Positions 29,638-39,466 of a DNA stretch of 64,000 nt are shown one piece after another. Origin of the DNA: an uncultured Porphyromonadaceae bacterium (GTDB taxonomy: Bacteria > Bacteroidota > Bacteroidia > Bacteroidales > Muribaculaceae); contig CABUBG010000001.1 in the NCBI GenBank assembly GCA_902489785.1, positions 5,608-69,607 on the forward strand, given 5' to 3'. A program made the translations under genes and the position numbers. The notes beneath the pieces are model-generated. The model searched no databases, was not told the DNA's origin, and saw nothing but the letters and a program-made list of their open reading frames with translations. The stretch's first letter is position 1. Each line of letters begins with the position of its first letter.

Positions 29638-30702
29638 ATGATTACTTCGATAAAAGACTTTAACCTTCACTCTTGCAACACATTTCGCATAAATGCCCAG
29701 TGCGCAGAGTTTATAGAATATACATCGGCCGACGACCTTCCCGCTGTGATGCAAATGGTTGGTAACCGACCATATATCAACATCGGGGGCGGAAGCAATA
29801 TGCTTTTCACCGACGATTTTGACGGCGTGGTGCTTCATTCCCGTATCCTTGACATAACATCCGATTATGTCGACAATGATAAGGTGCTACTCAGAGTAGG
29901 ATCCGGCGTTTGCTTTGACGATCTGATTCAACAGTGCGCACAGTCGGGTCTGTGGGGCATAGAAAATCTCTCGGGAATTCCAGGTGAGGCCGGTGCGGCC
30001 GCTGTGCAGAATGTGGGCGCTTACGGCGTCGAGGCTTGCGATGTGCTTCAAAAAATTGAATGTTACGATGCACGCTGTGGCCGGTTTGTCGAATTCGCGA
30101 AAGATGAATGTGACTATGGCTATCGTCATTCAATGTTCAAATCACCCGATAATCACAACCGATATATCATTACCCATATCGTCATTTCGCTGTCAGGCAA
30201 ACCCATACCACAGATCGGCTACAAAAGTTTGCGCGAAGCAATCGTCGATACTCCAGTCGTTTCACCCATGACGGTGCGCGATGCAGTCCTCGCTGTACGT
30301 GCCGCCAAGCTCCCTTCGGTTGAAGAATATGGCAGCGCAGGCAGCTTCTTCAAAAATCCGATTGTGGATAGAGCTGTCTTCGACAGGATTTGTAGGCAGG
30401 TAAGCGAAGAAAGCGGCGCCGCCGTCAGCGTGCCGCACTATGATCTCGGCTCACAGGTGAAGATCCCGGCAGCCTGGCTCATCGAGCAGTGCGGACTGAA
30501 AGGTTACGTAGCCGGGGATGTCGCCGTGTGGCATCTGCAGCCCCTTGTGATAATAAACAAGACGGGACGGGCAACGGCTGATGAGATTCTGCAACTTGAA
30601 CATACAATTATCGCTAAAGTGAATGATCGATTCGGCATAACACTTTCGCCCGAAGTAGAGCACATTGGTAAAACAACATCTAACATCAACACTCCCAAAT
30701 AA
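29638..30702 (+). CDS. murB: UDP-N-acetylenolpyruvoylglucosamine reductase
   Basis: About 354 aa. FAD-binding GGGSNMLF, NLSGIPGEAGAAAVQNVGAYG and GSFFKNP. Confidence 0.9.
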   Translation: MITSIKDFNLHSCNTFRINAQCAEFIEYTSADDLPAVMQMVGNRPYINIGGGSNMLFTDDFDGVVLHSRILDITSDYVDNDKVLLRVGSGVCFDDLIQQCAQSGLWGIENLSGIPGEAGAAAVQNVGAYGVEACDVLQKIECYDARCGRFVEFAKDECDYGYRHSMFKSPDNHNRYIITHIVISLSGKPIPQIGYKSLREAIVDTPVVSPMTVRDAVLAVRAAKLPSVEEYGSAGSFFKNPIVDRAVFDRICRQVSEESGAAVSVPHYDLGSQVKIPAAWLIEQCGLKGYVAGDVAVWHLQPLVIINKTGRATADEILQLEHTIIAKVNDRFGITLSPEVEHIGKTTSNINTPK

Positions 30703-30708
30703 AGCATC

Positions 30709-32031
30709 ATGAGTACATTTATTATAGAGGGCGGCAACAGGTTGCATGGCGAAATCGAGCCTCAGGGCGCTAAAAATGAGGCGCTTCAGGTGATTAGCGC
30801 TGTGTTGCTTACCGACCAGGAAGTCCACATCACCAACATCCCGGAAATCCTCGACGTGCGAAACCTTATCGACTTGCTCAAGGGCATGGGAGTTAAGGTG
30901 ACGCGCAACGGTAAAGGCGATTTCACATTCTGTGCGGCGGATATCGACACGGAATATGTGTCGAGCAAAAGCTTTATAGATAAATCGGCTGCTCTCCGTG
31001 GCTCTGTACTTGTTGTCGGACCGCTGCTTGCACGTTTCGGCACTGCTTATTTTGCAAAGCCTGGCGGCGACAAGATTGGCCGACGGAAAGTCGACACCCA
31101 CATACTGGGCTTTGAAAAGCTTGGCGCATCGGTGGAATATGATGCCGACAAAAAGGCTTACCGTCTTTCAATTCCGAACGGCAAGAAATTGCGCGGAGCT
31201 TATATGCTGCTCGATGAAGCCTCTGTGACCGGCACCGCCAACATCATTATGGCATCGACCAAGGCCGAGGGAGTGACCACAATTTACAATGCTGCGTGCG
31301 AGCCTTACATTCAGCAACTCTGCCGGATGCTTTGCTCGATGGGCGTGAAGATCGAAGGCCTTGGCTCCAACCTGCTCACCATCCACAGCTGCGACTCGAT
31401 TCGCGGAACGGAACACCGTATTCTTCCCGATATGATTGAGGTGGGCAGTTTCATCGGCATGGCAGCTCTCAACCAGAGCGAGATCACGATCAAAAATGTG
31501 GCTTACGATGAGCTGGGCATAATCCCCGACAGCTTCCGCCGCCTTGGCATCAACCTTGAACGCCACGGTGACGACATTTTTGTCCCGGCTCAGGATTGCT
31601 ATGAGATAGAAACCGCGCTCGACGGCTCGATCCTTAATGTCGCCGATGCACCGTGGCCCGGACTGACCCCCGACCTGCTGAGCGTGATGCTCGTCGTCGC
31701 AACACAATGCCGCGGCAGCGTGCTCATCCATCAGAAGATGTTTGAAAGCCGCCTTTTCTTCGTTGACCATCTGATAGATATGGGCGCCCAGATTATGCTG
31801 TGCGATCCGCACAGGGCTGTAGTCATCGGTCTTGATCATAAACTGCCGCTTCGAGCCAACAAAATGCTGTCGCCCGATATTCGTGCGGGCATCGCCATGC
31901 TTCTTGCTGCGATGTCGGCAAAAGGGGTCAGCGAAATTGGCAATATCAACCAGATTGACCGCGGATATGAAAATATCGACCAGCGACTTAATGCCCTCGG
32001 CGCCCGCATCACACGACGCGAAGATATCTGA
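30709..32031 (+). CDS. murA: UDP-N-acetylglucosamine 1-carboxyvinyltransferase
   Basis: 440 aa. GAKNEALQ, and active-site loop KPGGDKIGRRKVDTH (Asp at the usual Cys position, as in some MurA paralogues). Confidence 0.93.
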   Translation: MSTFIIEGGNRLHGEIEPQGAKNEALQVISAVLLTDQEVHITNIPEILDVRNLIDLLKGMGVKVTRNGKGDFTFCAADIDTEYVSSKSFIDKSAALRGSVLVVGPLLARFGTAYFAKPGGDKIGRRKVDTHILGFEKLGASVEYDADKKAYRLSIPNGKKLRGAYMLLDEASVTGTANIIMASTKAEGVTTIYNAACEPYIQQLCRMLCSMGVKIEGLGSNLLTIHSCDSIRGTEHRILPDMIEVGSFIGMAALNQSEITIKNVAYDELGIIPDSFRRLGINLERHGDDIFVPAQDCYEIETALDGSILNVADAPWPGLTPDLLSVMLVVATQCRGSVLIHQKMFESRLFFVDHLIDMGAQIMLCDPHRAVVIGLDHKLPLRANKMLSPDIRAGIAMLLAAMSAKGVSEIGNINQIDRGYENIDQRLNALGARITRREDI

Positions 32032-32267
32032 GCACTGCTTGTCAAACGGCCTGCACTTCAGACAATTGTATAATAACGACTAAAGCATTATGGTGTTTCA
32101 AAATTGCAAGATTTTGGCACGCCATCTTAATGTGCGTCAGAATGGGTAATTCGCAAGGTGCTGAGGATGAAACTGAAGGGAATTGGTTTTAGTAACTGAC
32201 CGAAGCCGAATTCCGAAAGCAACGCCGCATATTGCCCATCAGGATACACCTTCACTGTGTCATCTTA

Positions 32268-33386
32268 TCAGATGGGAATGACAATCATCGGGATATCGGA
32301 ATGGAAGAGGATTCTGTGTGCTATCCCGGGATTGAAAAGGCGTGCAAAGATGTTTTTCTTCTTGTTGGGAACAGCGATAAGTTTCACAGGCATATCGCGC
32401 GTAATGCGTGAGAAATCATCCTCAATCGAGCTGATCGAAAGCGTGTCGATAGCAAAATGGTGGGCGGGATAATGCTCCCGGCAATAAGCTCCGAGCCGGC
32501 TGAGCGAATCGGAATCGCTGTCGCTGCTTTGTTTTTTGCCGGGAATCTTCACAAGCACCATGTTGAGATGTTCAACCGGCAGAATCCGGAACAGTGCGTC
32601 GATAGCAAGAATATCTTCCTGATCAAAATTGCTGAAAAACACAATGTCGGTGATGTCGCTCACGCTGCTGATGCTTACCGTATCAGGCACGGTGAACACA
32701 GGGAAACGGCATGTGTCAAGGACTTCAGCCGTCACACTTCCGACAAGCTCTCGCTCTTTGGTGCCGGCGCCGCGGGTTCCCATAACTATGAGTATAGGCA
32801 AATGCTCTTTGGCATACTGAACAATGCTTTCTTCCGGTATTCCCTCAATGATTTCCGTGGAGAATTTTACGGCCGGGATGCTCCCTGCCTTTATTCTATC
32901 AAGAATCCTGTCGGTGAAATTTTTCATTTGCCGCTGGGCTTCCTCTTCAACAAAAGCACGTTCGTCAGAGTCGGAATTCTTTGAATCAAACGTCAGCATG
33001 TCCGACAGCTGCACTCTGTTGGAGTAAACCGGATCGACATAGGAATACAGCAACACAATCGAGGCATTGTGAATTGCCGCAAGGCGGAATGCCATATTGC
33101 AAGCCCGCTCGGAATAGTCGGAGAAATCGACAGGCACAAGAATGATCGGCTGGTTGGCATCGCAGGTCGATTTGCAGCCGTTGAAAATTTCCTGATTTTC
33201 AATTATGCGCAATGCGATGGGCAGATCGGATTCGTGAATGCGCACCCTGACACCTGAGGCAATGACCGGATTGGTGAGATTGACATTCTGAAGCATCACT
33301 TCAAGTCCTTCTCGCTCAAGAAGCGATTTTAAGGCCATCGCACGGTCAAACGTATGAATCGCTACTGTAATAAAACGGTCGTCCAC
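32268..33386 (-). CDS. DUF2007-like N-terminal domain fused to two universal stress protein (USP) domains
   Basis: 372 aa with a GTG start. The N-terminal ~70 aa (ITVAIHTFDRAMALKSLLEREGLEV…VRVRIHESDLPIALRII) looks like a DUF2007/GlnB-like fold. It is followed by two USP-like halves (ILVPVDFSDYS…, MGTRGAG…; …MIVIPI). Confidence 0.65.
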   Translation of the reverse strand: MDDRFITVAIHTFDRAMALKSLLEREGLEVMLQNVNLTNPVIASGVRVRIHESDLPIALRIIENQEIFNGCKSTCDANQPIILVPVDFSDYSERACNMAFRLAAIHNASIVLLYSYVDPVYSNRVQLSDMLTFDSKNSDSDERAFVEEEAQRQMKNFTDRILDRIKAGSIPAVKFSTEIIEGIPEESIVQYAKEHLPILIVMGTRGAGTKERELVGSVTAEVLDTCRFPVFTVPDTVSISSVSDITDIVFFSNFDQEDILAIDALFRILPVEHLNMVLVKIPGKKQSSDSDSDSLSRLGAYCREHYPAHHFAIDTLSISSIEDDFSRITRDMPVKLIAVPNKKKNIFARLFNPGIAHRILFHSDIPMIVIPI

Positions 33387-33526
33387 TTTTGTTTATCTTT
33401 TTGTGCCTGTGATTAAAGACGGGCTTTTGCCTCGGGTTTCAACTATAGCTGGTGCTTGTTAAATAGGATCACTGCTTTAGTGAGCAGGAAAAGGGAGAGG
33501 AGGGGAGAGAGGAGAATGAGTGCTGA

Positions 33527-33784
33527 TTAGTCTTTTTCCTGACCCTTGATGATTTCAAGAGCCATATCGTAGATTGTGGTGTCGTCGAGCACTACGATAC
33601 CGCCGTCGGGACCCGGTTCGATGTGAACGCCTACATTTTTACCAAATTCATAGTTGCTGCCGCCGAAATAATTGCGGACGGTCTGTACGGTTATATTTAA
33701 TTTATCGGCAATCTGGTGAGTAGCGCCATCGGGAAGGCTGTCTTTAATGCGACGAAGCTCGTTGAAGGTGATAGTTTTAGCCAT
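33527..33784 (-). CDS. Small putative helix-turn-helix DNA-binding protein
   Basis: 85 aa. ATHQIADKLNITVQTVRNYF looks like a HTH. Flanked by very AT-rich spacers. Confidence 0.5.
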   Translation of the reverse strand: MAKTITFNELRRIKDSLPDGATHQIADKLNITVQTVRNYFGGSNYEFGKNVGVHIEPGPDGGIVVLDDTTIYDMALEIIKGQEKD

Positions 33785-33890
33785 AATTTTATTATTTATA
33801 ATTAATAAATGATATTAGAGTCAGTTTCATTGTGCTATAAAAATAGGCCTATATTTTCACATATCCAAATTTTGTAAGCAAAAATTAATT

Positions 33891-34676
33891 TTAAGGCACT
33901 ATTTTTTCTATATCGCTGTCGTTTATCCATGCCCGGTGCTTGTTGTCGACGGCCACTTCATGCCATATTTGGGAGGTCGAATCAGCCGATTGCGACATCG
34001 AACGCAGGATCCTGACTTTAGTCCCTTCGTGGAGCAGCATGGCTTCTTCCTCGTGGGATGACGGGGTGCGCGGAACCGTGCTTAAAACGGCGGCCTCAGC
34101 CGTGACGATAGCATAGCCGTTGTCGGTGGCATTGGATTTCGCTCGGAATGAAAACACAATGGCAACAATAGCGAGAAGCAGTGTGCATATACCGCCAAAG
34201 AATCCTATCTTACGCAAGATGATGGCCGATGCGAATACATAGAGGAGGGCTGCCCCTATCGTGAGCACGAAGAAGAAGAAAGCCGTCCAGGCCCACATGT
34301 TGCTGCTTGCAAAATTGACTACGGAATTAAACGTGTTGTAGAGAAACGAACCGGTCTCACCTTTTTTGTCGACGATGCGGGCGTTGACAAATTCAAGATT
34401 GGCCTTGGCATCTTCATTCGACGGATCGATGCGCAATGCCCGCTCGTAGGCAAGGATTGCCTGAGCGACATCGCCCGACCGATACCGCGCGTTGCCGATG
34501 TTGTAATAAAGATCCGACGATTTACCTTCTTTATTTGCCGCCTGCATGTAAAGGCTGCACGCTTCGGCATACCGCTCTGCCTTGTAGGCTTTTTCAGCTC
34601 TGTCGGTAAGCGCCGATGCGGCAAGGCTGAATGTCGCTGCCGCTATAGTGATTATTAAAAGTAGATAGCGTTTCAT
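33891..34676 (-). CDS. batE: BatE-like protein (TPR repeats, TM segments, C-terminal SH3b-like domain)
   Basis: 261 aa. TPR (YYNIGNARYRSGDVAQAILAYERALRIDP), hydrophobic helices, and an SH3-like C-terminus. Last gene of the Bat operon. Confidence 0.7.
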   Translation of the reverse strand: MKRYLLLIITIAAATFSLAASALTDRAEKAYKAERYAEACSLYMQAANKEGKSSDLYYNIGNARYRSGDVAQAILAYERALRIDPSNEDAKANLEFVNARIVDKKGETGSFLYNTFNSVVNFASSNMWAWTAFFFFVLTIGAALLYVFASAIILRKIGFFGGICTLLLAIVAIVFSFRAKSNATDNGYAIVTAEAAVLSTVPRTPSSHEEEAMLLHEGTKVRILRSMSQSADSTSQIWHEVAVDNKHRAWINDSDIEKIVP

Positions 34677-34685
34677 TGATGTGAT

Positions 34686-36512
34686 TTATCTTCTTTGAGC
34701 AGTTTTCTGGAGTCGTGATTTCTCGAGATTGTTGATCGCCGTTGTGGCTTCGTCGTAGACAGCCTTAATCTGCGAATCAGAGCCGGAGGGTGTGTAACGA
34801 GCCATCTCGCATTTGTCAAGCAGAGCAATGATCGAATTGCACATCTCGTCGGATACGCCGCGCTCTGAAAGCTGACGGGCAATGGTGTCACGCGATAGAT
34901 CGGCAACCGGAATGGCAAGCTTGTCGCTCATATAACCCCATAGAGCACGAAGCGTCTCTTCGTAGAACTTTTCGGGATCATGCGCCGTCATGAATTTATG
35001 CGCAAGCTGCAGGCGGCGGCGTGCTACCTTGTTGGCCTTCGACATGCGCATGCCGGTGACATCGGCTGCACGGCGTCCGGTCCTAGCGGCCATTATCAGC
35101 ACAACAATAAATGCGGCCAGCAAAATCAGATATGCCATCCAGTACCAGCTTTCGCTTATAATAAAGGTGTGGCCTTTTGTCAATCCAAGATCGCCTGTCT
35201 TGATAAACAGGATATCAGTGTTTTTAGCCGAAACGTCCTGTTTCTCTCCTCCTCCGGATGAAACGCCCTTCAGCACTTTCACGTCAAATTCCTTGCCCGG
35301 AATTGTCACATATTCTTTGCTCTGCGGGTTGAAGTAAACGAAATCGGGAACCCTCACCTTGTAAGTGCCCACATCCTTGGGGACAAACGTAAGCTCAGTG
35401 CGGGAATATCCCCTCACATTATCTCCTGCCACCTTTGCATCCACATTGTGCTGCGGTGTGTAAAGCTCAAACTCCGACGGGAAGTCGATTTCGGGATCAG
35501 CAAGATATTTTATGTTGCCCGAACCGTTGACAAGATAAGTCAGAGTGGCCGGCTCATTGGTGCGGAACGAGTTGGTCGACATTTTCATATCGACGGTAAA
35601 CTGACCCACGGCGCCCGTAAACCCGGCAGGCTTCGGCGTGGGAAGCGGTAACACATTGACGGAAGCGCTGTTGGAATTAACCCTGATTTTACGGCTCCTG
35701 GCCTCCGGTATGCTGTAGAAACCGGCATTGATCATGTCATACTGCACTACATCAAGATCATAAGATCCAGATACGATCGTCAGCTTGCCGGCTTTCTGCG
35801 GAAACAGGATGCATTTTTTTATCACCGCAGTCATATATTCCTGACCGTTGTAAACCTCGCGCGAGTTCATCGGAGTCTGGATAGGCAGATCATCAACGAG
35901 GAACCCGCTGAAAGTAGGCTGCGTGATGGTCATGAACTGATCGATGGAATATTTGGTGTAGAGCTTGATCGTACACTCTATCGCTTCCTGTTCGTAGGTC
36001 GACGAACGGCTTGTGGCGATGCGGATAAACACATCATTAGCCCCTACAGGGCGGTCGGAAGTCTGCGTCTCGATATCGTCAATTGTCGTCTGTCGTGACG
36101 AAGGGGGCGCCTGTTTGTTCGACGCTGCGACGATAGTGATACTCGTTGGTTTGGTCGTGTAACGTTTGCCCTCGGCCGTAATAGAGGCTGCCGATATGGT
36201 GTAGGTTCCTTCTTTATCTGCTCTATAGGAATAGGTGAATTCAGTGGCGAATGATGATGAGGATTTTCCGTTGATATTCTGGTAGCTCTGGCTCTCCATT
36301 GTCGTAGGCCCGTAGATAAGCGTACAGCCGTTGATCTGCGGCGCCTTGAGTGCTGTTTTTGATGCTCGGGCATTCTTCAACACGTAGGTGACATGGAATT
36401 TATCGCCAACCGACACTCGGCCGGGAGCATTTACTGAAAATGACACCTGAGCAAGTGCTGCGAAACCGCAGACAATTACCGCAAGCAGAGTCGTTGAAAT
36501 TCGTCTTATCAT
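34686..36512 (-). CDS. batD: BatD oxygen-tolerance protein
   Basis: 608 aa. Signal peptide, long beta-rich periplasmic region, a single TM near aa ~470 and a cytoplasmic tail. Position matches batD. Confidence 0.78.
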   Translation of the reverse strand: MIRRISTTLLAVIVCGFAALAQVSFSVNAPGRVSVGDKFHVTYVLKNARASKTALKAPQINGCTLIYGPTTMESQSYQNINGKSSSSFATEFTYSYRADKEGTYTISAASITAEGKRYTTKPTSITIVAASNKQAPPSSRQTTIDDIETQTSDRPVGANDVFIRIATSRSSTYEQEAIECTIKLYTKYSIDQFMTITQPTFSGFLVDDLPIQTPMNSREVYNGQEYMTAVIKKCILFPQKAGKLTIVSGSYDLDVVQYDMINAGFYSIPEARSRKIRVNSNSASVNVLPLPTPKPAGFTGAVGQFTVDMKMSTNSFRTNEPATLTYLVNGSGNIKYLADPEIDFPSEFELYTPQHNVDAKVAGDNVRGYSRTELTFVPKDVGTYKVRVPDFVYFNPQSKEYVTIPGKEFDVKVLKGVSSGGGEKQDVSAKNTDILFIKTGDLGLTKGHTFIISESWYWMAYLILLAAFIVVLIMAARTGRRAADVTGMRMSKANKVARRRLQLAHKFMTAHDPEKFYEETLRALWGYMSDKLAIPVADLSRDTIARQLSERGVSDEMCNSIIALLDKCEMARYTPSGSDSQIKAVYDEATTAINNLEKSRLQKTAQRR

Positions 36513-36543
36513 TTTTTCAGTGATTGATTGTTAGTTATGCCTG

Positions 36544-37371
36544 TTACCAGGGATGGAGAGTGATGCGGCGCGTCGTCCGGTCATCTTTCTTACGTTCGAC
36601 CTTCTTGCGAGTCCGTTCTTCCTCTTTGGCAGCCGAATTAAGGATCTTATCAGCCATTTCGTCGCTCATCTGAGGCTGGGCGTTGGCCGGTTTCCCACCG
36701 GTGCTTCCACTATCTTTCTGTTGTTGTTGCTGATTCTGCTGATTCTGTTGCTGGTCTTTCTGATCCTTCTGATCCTTTTGCTGATCCTTTTGTTGATCCT
36801 TCTGTTGATCTTTCTGCTGGTCTTTCTGCTGATCCTGCTGCTGTTGCTGTTGATTCTGTTGTTGATTCTGCTTGTCTTTTTGAAGATAGAACTGGGCGAC
36901 GCGCAGATTCTGACGGGCTTTCATGTTCGACGGATCGCGGCGGAGAGCCTGTTTGTACATGTCGACGCTTTCCTGATAATCCTTATTGTGGAAAGCCAGA
37001 TTGCCGAGATTGATATACGAATTGTTCACCAGTTGCGGATTCTTTGACGAGGCGACGACCTGTGTGAAATATTTTGCAGCGAGCGAATCGGTCGGAAGAT
37101 TTTTATCATCACCCTTGTCGCGGGTTCCTGCACCAAGGCGCACCAATGCCAGCGCATAGTTATAGCCTGCCACATCCGACTGCGGATCCTCCTGCAGGGC
37201 GTTGAGATAGAACTCTTCAGCTGCCTTGAAGTCGCCTTTGCGGTAGGCTTCATTGCCTTTTTTGATGTTTATCCTCACATGTTTTGCCGTCAGGTCGGCA
37301 TTGCTCAAAGCGTGCATGCTCACCGGCGAAACAAACAGGATGGATAACAACAGATATATAATCGGTTTCAT
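36544..37371 (-). CDS. batC: BatC-like TPR protein with a Q/K/D/N-only low-complexity tract
   Basis: 275 aa. Signal peptide, TPR repeats, then a 57-aa tract composed only of Q, K, D and N. Confidence 0.75.
   Translation of the reverse strand: MKPIIYLLLSILFVSPVSMHALSNADLTAKHVRINIKKGNEAYRKGDFKAAEEFYLNALQEDPQSDVAGYNYALALVRLGAGTRDKGDDKNLPTDSLAAKYFTQVVASSKNPQLVNNSYINLGNLAFHNKDYQESVDMYKQALRRDPSNMKARQNLRVAQFYLQKDKQNQQQNQQQQQQDQQKDQQKDQQKDQQKDQQKDQKDQKDQQQNQQNQQQQQKDSGSTGGKPANAQPQMSDEMADKILNSAAKEEERTRKKVERKKDDRTTRRITLHPW
36712..36882 (-). repeat. Imperfect 12-nt/9-nt tandem repeats encoding (DQQK)n/(DQK)n inside batC
   Basis: Plus strand reads ctgatcctt ctgatcctt ttgctgatcctt ttgttgatcctt ctgttgatcttt ctgctggtcttt…. 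Confidence 0.85.
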
Positions 37372-37392
37372 AATGAGAGAGCAAATAAAGGA

Positions 37393-38442
37393 TTATTTCT
37401 TTGAAAAGAACTTAATGTTGCGCAGCCATTTGAGTTTGCGATAGGGGATGGCGACATCCAGTAAAAGCAGCAGCAGCGCGAGCGCGGCAAAAAGCGGGAA
37501 TAGATCCGACGAGTCCGACGGAATGGCGTTTTTGCTGTATTTTGTCGCTTTTATCTTTCCAAGCTGAACGTCAAGGTCGTTGACGGCGTTGGCGGCATTG
37601 CCCGAAATGTATATGCCGTTGCCGGCTTTGGCTATGGCAGCGGCGCCTTCAGTATCAAGGCCGGTCTTCACTTCTTCGCCGTCGTACACCATGAATCCGC
37701 CGCCGGGAAACGGAATCGGCATTTTCTCCGCTGTACCCATGCCGATTACGTCAACCTGAATGTTGACTTCAGCAGCCTTCTGAGCCGCTTTGACGGCATC
37801 GTCTTCAAAGTTTTCGCCATCCGTTATCACCACGATGGCTTTATTGAATGCGCTTTCAGGGTCAAACGAATTGACTGCCGTGTTGATTGCCGCTCCGATT
37901 GCTGTACCCTGGAACGGAACCATCTCAGGACTAAGCGTGTTGACATACATCTTGGCCGAACTGATGTCGGGAGTGATAGGCAGCTGGAGATAAGCGTCGC
38001 CGGCGAACACGATAAGTCCGACGCGGTCATTGGTCATCTTGTCGAGAGCCTTGTCGAGGATCAGTTTGGCTCGGTCGAGTCGCGACAGGCCGTTGACATC
38101 CGTCGTAGACGAAGCGAGCATCGAGTTGGAGACATCGCAGCATATCATCAGTTCAATGCCACTCACCTCCACCTCTTCAGGCTTGAGATCGGCGCTTTTT
38201 TCAGTGTGGACATAAGGGCGCGAAGCCGCTATGATAATGAATGTAAGCGCTGTCAGCTGTAATATTATCTTGATATTTGGCAAGTAGCGCGATGCATCAG
38301 GCATAAGAGTGTCAACATTGTAGTGCCGGCCGAACCGCAGCAGCTTTTTTCGCCGCGAAAACCGCGCCAATATATATAGTGCGGCAATCACCGGAATGGC
38401 AATCAATGCATACAGGAATTCAGGATTTGCGAAATTTATCAT
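37393..38442 (-). CDS. batB: BatB, von Willebrand factor A-domain membrane protein
   Basis: 349 aa. N-terminal TMs and VWA MIDAS context CCDVSNSM. Confidence 0.85.
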   Translation of the reverse strand: MINFANPEFLYALIAIPVIAALYILARFSRRKKLLRFGRHYNVDTLMPDASRYLPNIKIILQLTALTFIIIAASRPYVHTEKSADLKPEEVEVSGIELMICCDVSNSMLASSTTDVNGLSRLDRAKLILDKALDKMTNDRVGLIVFAGDAYLQLPITPDISSAKMYVNTLSPEMVPFQGTAIGAAINTAVNSFDPESAFNKAIVVITDGENFEDDAVKAAQKAAEVNIQVDVIGMGTAEKMPIPFPGGGFMVYDGEEVKTGLDTEGAAAIAKAGNGIYISGNAANAVNDLDVQLGKIKATKYSKNAIPSDSSDLFPLFAALALLLLLLDVAIPYRKLKWLRNIKFFSKK

Positions 38443-38473
38443 TGTTGACTGTTCTTTTCAATCATCAGGCGGT

Positions 38474-39466
38474 TTACGGAATGTGGCGCAGCACAAGAGA
38501 GCGGAAGAGCAACTCAAATGCCAGCAGACACATGGCGAGAATGGCCCAAATTAAATACGTTTCTTCAACTAAAGTTGTTTTCTGCACACTCGTCTCACTT
38601 GTTTCAAGACGGTCAATCTCTTTGAATACATCGGCGAGGACGTGCTCATTTACAGCGCGGAAATATTTTCCGCCGGTGAGCTGTGCAATCTGTTCAAGGG
38701 TCTTTTCGTCAATGACCACAGGCAGATTGATATAGTGAACGCCTCCAAACGCATCATACTCCGGGAAGGGAGCATTGCCGTTTTTGCCCACGCCTATGGT
38801 GTAGATTTTGATTCCTTTGCGCTGGGCTATCTCAGCAGCGTCCATGGGCGGGAGCTGGCCGGCATTGTGTGAGCCGTCGGTGAGCAGGATTATGCTTTTT
38901 GATTTTGCTTCACTGTCTTTCAGACGGTTAATTGCTGTGGCGATACCATCGCCTATGGCGGTGTTGTCCTCGAGAATGCCCACTTCCACCTCGTTGAGAT
39001 AGTTGATCAGCTGGGCATGATCCGTGGTCATCGGCACTGCCGTAAACGATTCGCCGGCAAAGATCACCAGGCCAATATTGTCATTCTTTCTGCCTGAGAT
39101 GAAGCCTGATGCCACGCGCTTGGCCGCCTCGAGGCGGTTAGGATCGAAATCGCCGGCGAGCATACTGGACGATATGTCAAGTGAGATGACGATATCCGTT
39201 CCGCTCGTCTTCGTCTCCACCGTATGCTGCGAATCCTGAGGACGGGCTATTATAATGATCAGCACTGCAATCGCTATCATCCTGAGAGCGAACAGAAAAT
39301 GAAGCAGATATTGCTTGAATGTCCGGGGACGGCCCTTGAATGATGCTGTCGAAGATATACCCATCGACGCATAGCGGTTGCGCGACGAATAGATGTACCA
39401 CGCAATGCATGGAACCAGAATCAGGAGAAACCACAGATAGTCGGGATGTGCAAATTGTAGATTCAT
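38474..39466 (-). CDS. batA: BatA, von Willebrand factor A-domain membrane protein
   Basis: 330 aa. N-terminal TMs, MIDAS LDISSSM, and a C-terminal TM. Confidence 0.85.
   Translation of the reverse strand: MNLQFAHPDYLWFLLILVPCIAWYIYSSRNRYASMGISSTASFKGRPRTFKQYLLHFLFALRMIAIAVLIIIIARPQDSQHTVETKTSGTDIVISLDISSSMLAGDFDPNRLEAAKRVASGFISGRKNDNIGLVIFAGESFTAVPMTTDHAQLINYLNEVEVGILEDNTAIGDGIATAINRLKDSEAKSKSIILLTDGSHNAGQLPPMDAAEIAQRKGIKIYTIGVGKNGNAPFPEYDAFGGVHYINLPVVIDEKTLEQIAQLTGGKYFRAVNEHVLADVFKEIDRLETSETSVQKTTLVEETYLIWAILAMCLLAFELLFRSLVLRHIP

Noticed and set aside
36712-36882. Regularly spaced short repeats that could be mistaken for a CRISPR-like or minisatellite array.
   Set aside because: The units are 9-12 nt, contiguous without spacers, in frame, and lie inside the batC coding sequence. 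They encode a low-complexity linker.
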